64,000 bases of DNA from an uncultured Candidatus Entotheonella sp. GTDB taxonomy: Bacteria > Tectomicrobia > Entotheonellia > Entotheonellales > Entotheonellaceae. The notes under the pieces were generated by a model that saw only the letters and a list, made by a program, of their open reading frames with translations, was not told the DNA's origin and did not search any database. Both the position numbers and the translations under genes were made by a program. Positions within the stretch are counted from its first letter, which is position 1, and every line of letters starts with the position of its first letter. Of this stretch, positions 11,194-20,537 are shown piece after piece. Location: NCBI GenBank assembly GCA_965215335.1, contig CBDCDA010000001.1, positions 704,001 through 768,000 on the forward strand. Direction: 5' to 3'.

Positions 11194-12255
11194 TTACCAG
11201 GCGGCGACAGGATTTCCCGGCGATCCGGTGGCGCCGACGAGTTTCAGCGGCGACCACGCGAAGGCGAACTCATAAGCCTTCTCGCGGGACAGCTTGTCCA
11301 GGTCGAGGTTCTCAAAGTTGGTGATGCCGCGACGGGCGGTCAGGTTCATGTGGCAATAGGCGAAGTAGCTCTCGGGCATGCCCTGGGCAAAGTCATACGG
11401 CTCCAGACCCCAGGTGTCGGAACCGATCATGGAGATCTTCCTGGCTGCCAGGTGGTCGCAGACTTCCGGGCTGACGCCGGGCTCACCGGAGCCGACTTCG
11501 GCAATCCTCGCCGGGTCTATGGATGAGTAATCCTTCCACAGGCTGTTCCAGCCGGTGCGGAACAGTACCACGTCACCCTGGCTGGCATCGTCAATGCCCT
11601 GCGCCGCAAGAGCGGCTTCGTAGTCGGCCATGGTAATGGCATAGCCCTTGTCCAGCCGGTCCACACCCTTCAGGGCGGCGATGTCGATCAGGATGCCGCG
11701 CGTGAAGAAGCCGATCTCGGCCAGGTGCTCGTTGCCGACTGCCTTCAAACCGCGCGGATGGCCCACGTCTTCCAGACGGAACCTGTTGTAGAAATAATTG
11801 CCGTCTTCCCAGCCGGGAACGCCGGTGACCTTGATCATCGGGTGCGCCAGGCCGTCCCACTGCGTGCCCACCTGTCCGATCTCGGCGGTCAGCAATTCGT
11901 CCATGAAGGTCATCTGGTAGTTGTCGCCTTCCCAGCTCAGCGGGCCGTGGGTCGGCGTTCCGCCACCGGGGATGCTCAGGGCAAACGTACGGCCCGGCAC
12001 GAGCGGCATGCCATTGTAATAGGGCATACCCAATGTGGCCGTCATGCCCTTCTTCACCAACCGGGCTGCCGCCACGACTTTCTCCGGGGTGATGTATTTC
12101 ACCGCGCCGGCCTGATCATCGGCGCCGAACTCGCTCGGCCACCAGTTTTCATCCGCCGGATTGTTCCCCGCCATGGCCGTCCCAACCAGCATGGCAATCA
12201 CGCAAGCCCCGACCGCAAAGCCGAGACTGGAGGCGTTTCGGCGATACTTCATCAT
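11194..12255 (-). CDS. secreted cyclase-family (kynurenine formamidase-like) metallohydrolase
   Basis: Signal peptide; GADDQAGA, GTQWDGLAH, TRGILIDI, GDVVLFRTGW, GATGSPGNPVA. Confidence 0.8.
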   Translation of the reverse strand: MMKYRRNASSLGFAVGACVIAMLVGTAMAGNNPADENWWPSEFGADDQAGAVKYITPEKVVAAARLVKKGMTATLGMPYYNGMPLVPGRTFALSIPGGGTPTHGPLSWEGDNYQMTFMDELLTAEIGQVGTQWDGLAHPMIKVTGVPGWEDGNYFYNRFRLEDVGHPRGLKAVGNEHLAEIGFFTRGILIDIAALKGVDRLDKGYAITMADYEAALAAQGIDDASQGDVVLFRTGWNSLWKDYSSIDPARIAEVGSGEPGVSPEVCDHLAARKISMIGSDTWGLEPYDFAQGMPESYFAYCHMNLTARRGITNFENLDLDKLSREKAYEFAFAWSPLKLVGATGSPGNPVAAW

Positions 12256-12488
12256 CCTCTCTCCTTCTTCCTTTCGACAAGTTCAAGGGGCCACGCCTGC
12301 GCAGGCCGCTTGCCCCTTTGCAAGACAGACGCCCGGGCAACACCCGGCCGACGTGAGTGTGCATTAGTACAAATTCGCTCGGCACTGTCAAGACCAAGGT
12401 TCTGCCGCCTCGCCATCGGCCCTTTGAGTGCCGCACCCTGCCGCCACGCGATGCTCGGAGCGTCTTCACCCCGTCCAAATTTTTCTTG

Positions 12489-12519
12489 TTGACAGGCCGA
12501 AATGAACGCGGCTAAATAT
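12489..12519 (+). promoter_or_regulatory. candidate sigma70 promoter upstream of PQQ dehydrogenase
   Basis: TTGACA at 12489 followed 18 nt later by TAAATAT in an intergenic region. Confidence 0.4.
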
Positions 12520-12707
12520 ACGCCACAAGTCGACAGGCTCCTCAGCAAACCGGCCCCGCGGCGGCGTTCAAGGCATCGTTGGCCCCTTGAAGGTCTAGTG
12601 CTCGAAAGAGGGTGCACGCAAGACCCGGACGAGTTACGAGGTTTGCTTTGAGGTAAGGACTGTTGCAAGGTGTACAGGTTTTCACTGCAAGAAAGGAGGA
12701 TAGGGGT

Positions 12708-14474
12708 ATGTCCAGCAAGTATTTCAGGTCCCTGATCGCCCTGCTGGCGATGGGCTTGCTCATCGCCTGGGGAGGGGCAGCAGTCGCGCAGGACGATGAT
12801 GCGTCGCGTTACACCTCCGAAGAGATCGAAGGCGAGGAAGAAGGGCCGCGCATCGAAGTCCTGGAAGGGTATGTTTCCCCCGGCGTCATCACCGATTCCA
12901 TGCTCCTCAACGCGGGCAAGGATCCCAACAACTGGATCCTGTACGGCAAGGATTACTCCCACACCCGCTACAGCCAACTCGACCAGATCAACACCGAGAC
13001 GGTCAAGGACCTGGTGCCGAAGTGGGTCTTGTCGTTTGGCGTCCTGGACAGCCAGGGCAGCCAGACCATGGCCTTCAACGGCAACCTGTTCGTCAGTTCC
13101 TCCTACAATCACGTCTTCCGCGTGGATGGCCGGACGGGCCGCACGGTGTGGCGCTACGACCACCCGCTGCCGGGCGACGTCTTTCCGCATCTGTGCTGTG
13201 ACGTGATCAACCGCGGCCCGGCGCTCTATGGCACCAACCTCTACGTTGCCACCCTGGATGGCCACCTGGTCGCCCTCGATTCCGCCAGCGGTCAGGTCAT
13301 CTGGGATCAGACCGTAGCCGATTACAAGTCTTCCTACAGCTTCACCCTGCTGCCGCTGGCGCTGGATGGCAAGATCATCATCGGCACCTCGGGGGCGGAG
13401 TTCGGCATTCGCGGCTTCATCACGGCGCGCGACGCCGAGACGGGTGAAGAAGTGTGGAAGACGCACACCATTCCCGCGCCGGGCGAGCCGGGCGGCGACA
13501 CCTGGCCGGGTGACACCTACAAGTACGGCGGTGGCTCGGCATGGGTAACGGGAGCCTATGATCCCGAGCTGAACAACATCTACTGGGGCGTCGGCCAGCC
13601 TGGCCCGTGGGACCGTCATGCCCACCCCGGCGACAACCTGTACACCAACTCCACCATCGTCATGGATCCGGATTCCGGGGCCATCAAGTTCCACTTCCAG
13701 TACACCCCGAACGATCCGTATGACTACGACGGCGTGAACGAAACCGTCCTGGCCGACATCGACGGCCAGAAGGTCTGGCTGCACGCCGATCGTAACGGGC
13801 ATTTCTATTCCATCGACCGCACCAACGGCAGCTTCAACTACGCCGTGCCGCTGGGCAAGGTCAACTGGAACCGGGGTTTCGATCCCGAGACCGGTCGCCC
13901 GATCTTCGCCTATCCGGAGATGGACGTTGGCTACGACAAGGTCACCGAGGGTATCTACCCGGCCCTGTTCGGCGGCAAGGAATGGAACCCCATGGCGTAC
14001 GACCCGAATACCCAGATCGCCTACGTGCCCGCCTTTGGCGACCATAGCATGGACCTGCAGGCGAAGCGCGAGCGCTATGCGCGCGGCGAGACCTTCCTGG
14101 GTATCAAGGTCATGAAGTGGTACGGCGGTGGCGGCGAGTTGCGCGCCATCGATGCCCGGAATGGCGAGCTCGTGTGGGTGCACAACAACCCGATGCCGTT
14201 CCGCAGCAGCGTGACCGCGACGGCCGGAAACCTGGTGTTTGCCGGCGACACGGAAGGCTACATCAAGGCCTTCAACGCCACCACCGGAGCGCAGGTATGG
14301 AGTTTCTACTGCGGTTCCTCCGTCATGGGCGGCGTGAATACCTTCACGGTCGACGGCGAGCAGATGCTGGCGGTCGTGGTCGGACAGGCCCAGACGGGCA
14401 TCGAGATGTTCGACGAGAACTGGAAAAAGACGCACCAGAAGGGCGGCCACCTGATCGCTTTCGGGCTGCACTAA
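12708..14474 (+). CDS. PQQ-dependent alcohol dehydrogenase (methanol/ethanol family), probably lanthanide-dependent
   Basis: Signal peptide; RYSQLDQIN, vicinal-Cys LCCDVINRG, SGAEFGIRG, TPNDPYDYDGVNE. Confidence 0.9.
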   Translation: MSSKYFRSLIALLAMGLLIAWGGAAVAQDDDASRYTSEEIEGEEEGPRIEVLEGYVSPGVITDSMLLNAGKDPNNWILYGKDYSHTRYSQLDQINTETVKDLVPKWVLSFGVLDSQGSQTMAFNGNLFVSSSYNHVFRVDGRTGRTVWRYDHPLPGDVFPHLCCDVINRGPALYGTNLYVATLDGHLVALDSASGQVIWDQTVADYKSSYSFTLLPLALDGKIIIGTSGAEFGIRGFITARDAETGEEVWKTHTIPAPGEPGGDTWPGDTYKYGGGSAWVTGAYDPELNNIYWGVGQPGPWDRHAHPGDNLYTNSTIVMDPDSGAIKFHFQYTPNDPYDYDGVNETVLADIDGQKVWLHADRNGHFYSIDRTNGSFNYAVPLGKVNWNRGFDPETGRPIFAYPEMDVGYDKVTEGIYPALFGGKEWNPMAYDPNTQIAYVPAFGDHSMDLQAKRERYARGETFLGIKVMKWYGGGGELRAIDARNGELVWVHNNPMPFRSSVTATAGNLVFAGDTEGYIKAFNATTGAQVWSFYCGSSVMGGVNTFTVDGEQMLAVVVGQAQTGIEMFDENWKKTHQKGGHLIAFGLH

Positions 14475-14494
14475 TCTGAGCGTCTGATCGTCCT

Positions 14495-14536
14495 GTGCTG
14501 CCATGGGTCCCGACCGTCCATGGCAGCACGTTTTTT
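14495..14536 (+). terminator. intrinsic terminator-like hairpin between dehydrogenase and binding protein
   Basis: GTGCTGCCATGG...CCATGGCAGCAC stem followed by G-TTTTTT. Confidence 0.65.
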
Positions 14537-14548
14537 GAGGAAGCATTC

Positions 14549-15370
14549 ATGCGGAGCACCAGCAGTATCGCTTGGGTCCTGATCGTCGTTATTGCCGGCG
14601 CGGGTCTGGCGACGGCCGCACCGACTGCCTTGGAACGAGCCAAGGAGCGCGGCACCATCGTCGCCTGCGCTGATCCCTACAACCTGCCCTTCTCCAGCCC
14701 GGACCCCAACATGCCCGGCTTTGACGTCGAAATCGCCAAGGAAATCGCCCGGGGCATGGGCTTGTCGATCGCCTACCACTGGGCCGACACCGGCACCCGC
14801 GGCGGCCTCAGCCGCGCCCTGCGCCTGTCGATCAACGATGGCAAATGCGATTTCTTCATGGGCCTGCCCAACGATGACGACATGCTCGACGAATACAAGG
14901 AAAAACGACTCGAAATCACCCGACCCTACCTCGGCACGGGTTATGTTCTCGTCGGCAAGGCGAGCGGACGCGGCCCTCAGACGCTGGCGGACGCCAAAGA
15001 CGCCAAGATCGGCGTGATCATGTTTACCGTCGGCGACATGTTTCTGAGCCGTGACGGCTTCCAAACCGACCCCTACCGCCGCAACGAGGAAAACCTCGCG
15101 GCCCTTCAAAAAGGCGAGGTCGAATTCAGCCTCATGCTCGCCTCCAAGGCCGGCTGGTGGCTTCATCAAAACCCGGATAGCGGCTTGGCAATTGTCGACG
15201 GGTTTACACCTGATCCCAGGATGCAATACAGCCTGGTGATCGCCGTGCGACGCACGGAACAAGACCTGAAGACAGCGATCAACCAGGAGCTTGCAAAGCT
15301 TGTGGCCAGCGGCCACATCGCAGAGATCGTTGCCAAGTACGGCGTTCCCTTCTTCCCGCCATTCAATTGA
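14549..15370 (+). CDS. quinoprotein-associated periplasmic binding protein (MxaJ/XoxJ-like, SBP family 3)
   Basis: ACADPYNLPFS, PGFDVEIA, CDFFMG, TRPY; directly after the PQQ dehydrogenase. Confidence 0.8.
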   Translation: MRSTSSIAWVLIVVIAGAGLATAAPTALERAKERGTIVACADPYNLPFSSPDPNMPGFDVEIAKEIARGMGLSIAYHWADTGTRGGLSRALRLSINDGKCDFFMGLPNDDDMLDEYKEKRLEITRPYLGTGYVLVGKASGRGPQTLADAKDAKIGVIMFTVGDMFLSRDGFQTDPYRRNEENLAALQKGEVEFSLMLASKAGWWLHQNPDSGLAIVDGFTPDPRMQYSLVIAVRRTEQDLKTAINQELAKLVASGHIAEIVAKYGVPFFPPFN

Positions 15371-15484
15371 AGAATTCTCCGTAGCCTCCTCGCCCAGGCC
15401 GGGGTGCTGCCGCTCATCAGCCAGTAACGCTCCCCCCTTTCGATGCTACGTTGCAACCATCACGGACATGACAAGGATGAACCC

Positions 15485-16417
15485 ATGCGTATTGGAATAT
15501 TTGCGGGTGCACGACGCGAGGTGGACAACCTGGAAAGGCTGGCACGACAGGTGAGGCGGGCCGAGACGGACGGCTTCAGCCACTTCTGGGTGCCGCACTT
15601 GTTGACGTTCGGCTACGACGCGTTGACGGCTCTCGCGATCGTCGGCCAGCAGACAAGCCGTATCGAGCTCGGCACGGCCGTTGTTCCAACCTATCCGTAT
15701 CATCCGCTGGGCATGGCACAGCACGCCCTCACCGCCCAACGAGCCAGCAACGGCCGGCTGGTTTTGGGCATCGGCCTGTCCCATCGTCCGCTGATCGAGG
15801 GCATGATGGGCCTGTCGTACGACGGCGCCGCACAGCATATGGAGGAATATCTGTCGGTGCTGCGGCCGCTGGTCAGTGAGGGTCGGGTGGACTTCGGCGG
15901 CAGCGTTTACAACGTCAAAGTGGAGCTGCAGGTGCCGGACACCGCCGCGTTTCCCGTTCTGGTGGCGGCTCTGGCGCCGCGCATGCTGCATCTCACCGGC
16001 GAATTGGCGGACGGCACCATCACCTGGATGGCGGGACGAAAGACCATCGAATCGCACATCGTGCCGCGCATCAGTGCTGCGGCCAAATCGGCAGGACGCG
16101 GGCAGCCGCGCGTGTGCGTCGGCCTGCCGGTCGCCGTAACCGACAGCCCGGAGGGCGGTCACGAGGTTGCTGACGGTATCTTCAACCGCTACGGGCAGTT
16201 GCTCAATTACCGCCGCCTGCTGGACATTGAAGGCGTGGAAGGCCCGGCAGACGTCGCGGTGGTTGGAAACGAGGCCCAAGTGGAACAGCAATTACGGGCG
16301 TTTGCGTCTGCGGGCGCGACGGACTTCCTGGCGTCAATTTTTCCGGTGGGCGACGACGCCGATGCGTCCATCTCGCGCACCTGGACGTTGCTCAAGGGCC
16401 TGAACGGCAGGCTGTAG
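15485..16417 (+). CDS. LLM-class (luciferase-like, probably F420-dependent) oxidoreductase
   Basis: MRIGIF, IELGTAVVPTYPYHP, GRLVLGIGLSH, AALAPRML, ADGTITW. Confidence 0.85.
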   Translation: MRIGIFAGARREVDNLERLARQVRRAETDGFSHFWVPHLLTFGYDALTALAIVGQQTSRIELGTAVVPTYPYHPLGMAQHALTAQRASNGRLVLGIGLSHRPLIEGMMGLSYDGAAQHMEEYLSVLRPLVSEGRVDFGGSVYNVKVELQVPDTAAFPVLVAALAPRMLHLTGELADGTITWMAGRKTIESHIVPRISAAAKSAGRGQPRVCVGLPVAVTDSPEGGHEVADGIFNRYGQLLNYRRLLDIEGVEGPADVAVVGNEAQVEQQLRAFASAGATDFLASIFPVGDDADASISRTWTLLKGLNGRL

Positions 16418-16426
16418 GAGGGAAGG

Positions 16427-17302
16427 ATGGCCGCCATATCACCGATGGCCAAGAAATACGTACAGGTGCTGGAGCACAACATGGCTTACGTCGAAGCCGG
16501 CGAGGGTGACCCTATTGTCCTGCTGCACGGCAACCCGACCTCGTCCTATCTGTGGCGCGGCGTCATCCCACACCTCACCGGGCTTGGCCGTTGTATCGCG
16601 CCGGATCTCATTGGCATGGGAGATTCGGACAAACTGGCGGACAGTGGCCCGCACCGCTACCGCTTTGTGGAGCACCGGCAGTACCTCGACGCCTTTCTGG
16701 AAGCGGTCGGCGTCAATGACAACGTGACCTTCGTGGTGCACGACTGGGGCTCGGCGCTCGGCTTCGACTGGGCCAACCGGCACCGCCACGCCGTCAGGGG
16801 GCTGGCCTACATGGAGGCCATCGTGCAGCCGCTGACCTGGACGCAGTGGCCGGAAGCCGCGCTGCAAATTTTTCAAGGATTCCGTTCCATCAACGGTGAG
16901 TCCATGATCCTCACGTACAACCTGTTCATCGAGCGTGTGCTGCCGGGATCGATCAGGCGGAAGTTGACGGATGAGGAAATGGCGGAATATCGCCGGCCCT
17001 TCCTTGAACCCGGTGAGGGTCGCCGCCCCACCTTGACGTGGCCAAGGGAAATCCCCATTGAGGGCGAGCCGGAGGACGTGACCGAGGTCGTCGGCAACTA
17101 TGCCGTGTGGCTACGCCAGTCCCCTATTCCCAAGCTGTTTATCAACGCCAACCCCGGCGCCATCCTGGTCGGCGAGCAGCGCGAATTCTGTCGCACGTGG
17201 CCGCATCAAACGGAGGTGACGGTACCAGGGATTCACTTCATCCAGGAAGACGCTCCGGACGACATCGGCCAAGCCATCGCCGACTGGCTACGCACGCTGT
17301 AG
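16427..17302 (+). CDS. haloalkane dehalogenase (LinB/DhaA-like)
   Basis: HGNPTSSYLWR, VHDWGSALGF, YMEAIV, RRPTLTWPREIP, GIHFIQED. Confidence 0.9.
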   Translation: MAAISPMAKKYVQVLEHNMAYVEAGEGDPIVLLHGNPTSSYLWRGVIPHLTGLGRCIAPDLIGMGDSDKLADSGPHRYRFVEHRQYLDAFLEAVGVNDNVTFVVHDWGSALGFDWANRHRHAVRGLAYMEAIVQPLTWTQWPEAALQIFQGFRSINGESMILTYNLFIERVLPGSIRRKLTDEEMAEYRRPFLEPGEGRRPTLTWPREIPIEGEPEDVTEVVGNYAVWLRQSPIPKLFINANPGAILVGEQREFCRTWPHQTEVTVPGIHFIQEDAPDDIGQAIADWLRTL

Positions 17303-17328
17303 GTCGGATCAGCAAAGCGTAATACGGC
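17299..17328 (+). repeat. GTAG-type REP element overlapping the dehalogenase stop codon
   Basis: GTAGGTCGGATCAGCAAAGCGTAATACGGC; related copies at 23069 and 25109-25198. Confidence 0.7.
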
Positions 17329-17358
17329 TCCGCAACCTCCCCCCCACGTCCAGCGTCC

Positions 17359-18153
17359 CTAGCGTCCCTTGAACGTCGGCTTGCGCTTCTCCAGGAACGC
17401 GCTCAGGCCCTCCTTGGCGTCATCGCTGCGCGACAACTCCGCAATCGCCTGCGTCTCGTGCTCCATCTGCGTTTCCAGGGTGCCCGTCCAGCCGCTGTGC
17501 AGCAATCGCTTCGCCATGCCCAACGCCCTCGTGGCACCACCGGCCAGTTGTCCGGCCAAGGTGCCGGCTTCTTCCTGCAGTTGGGCGTCCGGTACGACCC
17601 GGGTCACCAATCCCCACCCACACGCCTCCTGCGCCGACAGCATCCGGTTGGTCAAAGTCAGTTCCAGAGCCCGTTTCAGACCCACAATACGCGGCAGGTA
17701 GTACGTGGACGAGCCGTCCGGCGTCAGTCCGGCGCGGGTGTAGGCCATCGTGAAACGGGCCGATTCGGCTGCCAATACGATGTCAGCCCCGCATGCCAAG
17801 CTCATGCCGGCGCCGGCCGCCATGCCGTTGACGGCCGCCACCACCGGCGGGTCCATGCGCATGAAGCGCGACACCGCGGCGTGGAAATAAGTCGTTACCT
17901 CCTTCAGGTGATACGGCAGGTTGTCACCCTGCGCCCCGAAGCTCTTCAAATCACCACCGGCGGAAAACATCGGGCCATTCCCCGTGACGATGACGGCGCG
18001 AATCCCGGCGTCCTCGCTGCACTGCATGGTCGCGTGCATCAAGTCCCTGGCTAATTCGGTATTGACGGCGTTGGCGGCGTCAGGCCGGTTCAGCGTAATG
18101 CGCGCCACACCGTCACGAACGTCAAACAAAAGCGTTGTGTACGACATATCCAT
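17359..18153 (-). CDS. enoyl-CoA hydratase/isomerase family (PaaG-like)
   Basis: ITLNRPDAANA, FSAGGDL, AVNGMAAGAGMSLA, GLTPDG, AFLEKRKPTF. Confidence 0.88.
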   Translation of the reverse strand: MDMSYTTLLFDVRDGVARITLNRPDAANAVNTELARDLMHATMQCSEDAGIRAVIVTGNGPMFSAGGDLKSFGAQGDNLPYHLKEVTTYFHAAVSRFMRMDPPVVAAVNGMAAGAGMSLACGADIVLAAESARFTMAYTRAGLTPDGSSTYYLPRIVGLKRALELTLTNRMLSAQEACGWGLVTRVVPDAQLQEEAGTLAGQLAGGATRALGMAKRLLHSGWTGTLETQMEHETQAIAELSRSDDAKEGLSAFLEKRKPTFKGR

Positions 18154-18195
18154 ATCTACCCCATCTATCCCGGAATCCCGTTACGTTTTCCCCGG

Positions 18196-18972
18196 CTACC
18201 TGCCCTGCCACTGCGGCGCCCGCTTCTCGGCAAAGGCCCGTGGTCCTTCCTTGGCATCCTCGCTCACCAACAACTGGTCATACATGGCGCGCGTCAGCGC
18301 CGCAATTTCCCGCTCGCCCATTTCCTGGCCGCGGTAGGCCAGTTCCTTGAATATGCGCAGCGACAACGGGGCATTGCGGACCATGCGCCGCGCCAGATCA
18401 AGGGCCTCGTCCATCAACCGGTCTCCCGGCACCACCTTGTTCACGAAGCCGATTTCGTAAGCACGCTGGGCGGTTATCGGTTCCGCCGTGAAGACCAGTT
18501 CCAAAACGTTGGCCATCGGGATGAGCCGGGCAAGATGGGCCGCGAACGGCGGCAACAAACTCCAGCGCGATTCCGTAATGCCCAGCTTGGCATCGTCGGC
18601 TGCCAGGCGCAGATCGCACGTCTGGGCGATGGCCCAACCCCCGGCCATGGCATATCCGTTGATGGCGGCGACAATCGGTTTCCAGATGCGCGGAAACATC
18701 GACAGGCTGTCGCTGCCCAGGCTGTCGCTGGCCCTTGCCCGAACCCCGGCGGCGTTGTCGGACGTGCGCTCTTTCAGGTCCCGGCCGGCGCAAAAGGCCC
18801 GGCCGGCGCCGGTGACGATGGCCACACGCGCGTCGTCGTCCTGGTCGAACTGCAGCACCGCGTCGATGAGCTCCTGCTTCAGTTGCCGGTTGATCGCGTT
18901 CAGCGCCTCGGGACGATTCAAAGTAATCGTGACGACCTGCTCGTTCTTGTCGTACAGAATGGTTTCAGCCAT
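18196..18972 (-). CDS. enoyl-CoA hydratase/isomerase family
   Basis: ITLNRPEALNAI, AFCAGRDL, KPIVAAINGYAMAGG, AFAEKRAPQW. Confidence 0.88.
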   Translation of the reverse strand: MAETILYDKNEQVVTITLNRPEALNAINRQLKQELIDAVLQFDQDDDARVAIVTGAGRAFCAGRDLKERTSDNAAGVRARASDSLGSDSLSMFPRIWKPIVAAINGYAMAGGWAIAQTCDLRLAADDAKLGITESRWSLLPPFAAHLARLIPMANVLELVFTAEPITAQRAYEIGFVNKVVPGDRLMDEALDLARRMVRNAPLSLRIFKELAYRGQEMGEREIAALTRAMYDQLLVSEDAKEGPRAFAEKRAPQWQGR

Positions 18973-18990
18973 GAAGAACCTCGTCCCGAA

Positions 18991-19434
18991 CTAGTCCACG
19001 ACCTCGACGGATTGACCGACCCGTATGTGGCCGCTCTCGAGCACCCTGCCCCACACCCCGCCGCGCATCTCCGGGGTCAGTCCCTTGCGCAATCCGGTCT
19101 GCAATTCGTCCATGCGCTCGCAAGGCTCCGTTTCACCGTGAATCTCGAACAGGCAGTCGCCGATGCGCAAACGGCTCCCGACCGTACCCGGCAGATCGAG
19201 GCCGTCGACCAGCAAATTGGCGCGGCGCGTGTGCCACGGCAAGTCCATGTCCAGCTCCGCCATCACCTGCCGCCACTGCCCGGCATCGATGAAGGTGACC
19301 TGCCGCCGACCGGCGCCGCGGTAATCCTCCACAATGCCGTCCGTCGCCGTCACGCTGGCCTCCTGCACTTCCCGCATGGGCGCGCGGCTCGCACCGCGCA
19401 ACGCGATGCCCTGCAATGTCGCTCGACTGCTCAT
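18991..19434 (-). CDS. MOSC domain protein
   Basis: From MSSRATL; RQVT, RRANLLVDG, GETEPCERMD, RGGV. Confidence 0.8.
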   Translation of the reverse strand: MSSRATLQGIALRGASRAPMREVQEASVTATDGIVEDYRGAGRRQVTFIDAGQWRQVMAELDMDLPWHTRRANLLVDGLDLPGTVGSRLRIGDCLFEIHGETEPCERMDELQTGLRKGLTPEMRGGVWGRVLESGHIRVGQSVEVVD

Positions 19435-19463
19435 CCTGTGCGTTCCTTTCCTCGGCTTTCCAG

Positions 19464-20297
19464 TTATTCCCGCTTCAGCAAGGCTTCCAATACCGATTCG
19501 ATACTCGGCGGCTCGGCGTGATCCTTGAAACCGGCGAGCCGCCGGAAGACTTCGGCCGCCGCCTGATGAAATCCGCCCGGCAAGCCGGCCGCCTGGAACG
19601 TTGCCGCAATCTCGTGCATCTCGCCCTCGAAGCGCCACGCCTTGGCGGTGTTGTCGCAGACACGTCGCACGGTTTGAGCCGTGAAAGCGTCGCCCCATTG
19701 GCGCGCCAGGTCGGCCCGCACCCCTTCTTTCTCGACCATGCCGAGGATGGCGGTCAGCAAGGCCGTGCTGCCCTTGGTGAAGGCGGCGTAGCCCATTTTG
19801 AGCGCCGAGGCGCCGCCGATGCGCTCGGAGATGACCGAGGCCGACAGCGGGCTGCCGGCAAAACACGCCGACACCTCTGCGGCGCGTGGGCCGGACAGAT
19901 ACAGACTCGTCCCGGCTTCGCGCGTCCAAGCCGGCCCGCCGATGATGCCGCCATCAACGTAGTCCGCGCCGCCCTTCCCGACGATTCGCTGGAGGCCGCG
20001 CGTGCGTTCCGGCGACACGGCGTTGCAGTCGACGTACAGGCCCGCGAAGCCGCATTTGGCAACCTCGACGGCCACGCCCTCGGCGGCGTGCGGCGGACAG
20101 ACGGACAGCAGAATTTTACTCGTCGCCAGCACCTCCGGCACTGTGGCAACGTCCTGCAGGGCGCTGCGCCGGGCTCGCTCCCGCGTGGCCGCGGAGCGGC
20201 CTCGAGACGCCCACAGCACGGTATGCCCGTTGCCGCTCGCCGCGGCCCCCACGGAGGCGCCCATTGCTCCGGGATGAAGGAGTCCGATACGTATCAT
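19464..20297 (-). CDS. NAD(P)-dependent oxidoreductase, 6-phosphogluconate-DH-like with DUF1932
   Basis: IGLLHPGAMG, YVDCNAVSP, YVDGGIIGGP, ASALKMGYAAFTKG, KAWRFEGEMHEI. Confidence 0.8.
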   Translation of the reverse strand: MIRIGLLHPGAMGASVGAAASGNGHTVLWASRGRSAATRERARRSALQDVATVPEVLATSKILLSVCPPHAAEGVAVEVAKCGFAGLYVDCNAVSPERTRGLQRIVGKGGADYVDGGIIGGPAWTREAGTSLYLSGPRAAEVSACFAGSPLSASVISERIGGASALKMGYAAFTKGSTALLTAILGMVEKEGVRADLARQWGDAFTAQTVRRVCDNTAKAWRFEGEMHEIAATFQAAGLPGGFHQAAAEVFRRLAGFKDHAEPPSIESVLEALLKRE

Positions 20298-20537
20298 GTC
20301 CCGTCCTTCGCTAACGACGACATTCGCAAGCCACAAGTATCCGGCCTAAAGCCCGGTTCCGCATGGTCATATGCCAAGCCGCTACTGTCAACGGTTTTTT
20401 CGCCCGCCAGGCCCAGCGGGTTCTACCAAAACGCCTGTTTGTCCTTTCCGAGCGCAGTGACTATACTCCGTCGTCATCTCGTTGTCCTTGCTTTCCTCTC
20501 CCCTGATCACGCCGTTTTCTCGAAGGACCGAATATCC

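Noticed and set aside
12252..14546. Long antisense ORFs (e.g. 12252-14546, 20388-22907, 41060-42958, 64-1983)
   Set aside because: Shadow frames of well-supported genes, expected in high-GC DNA; no motifs.
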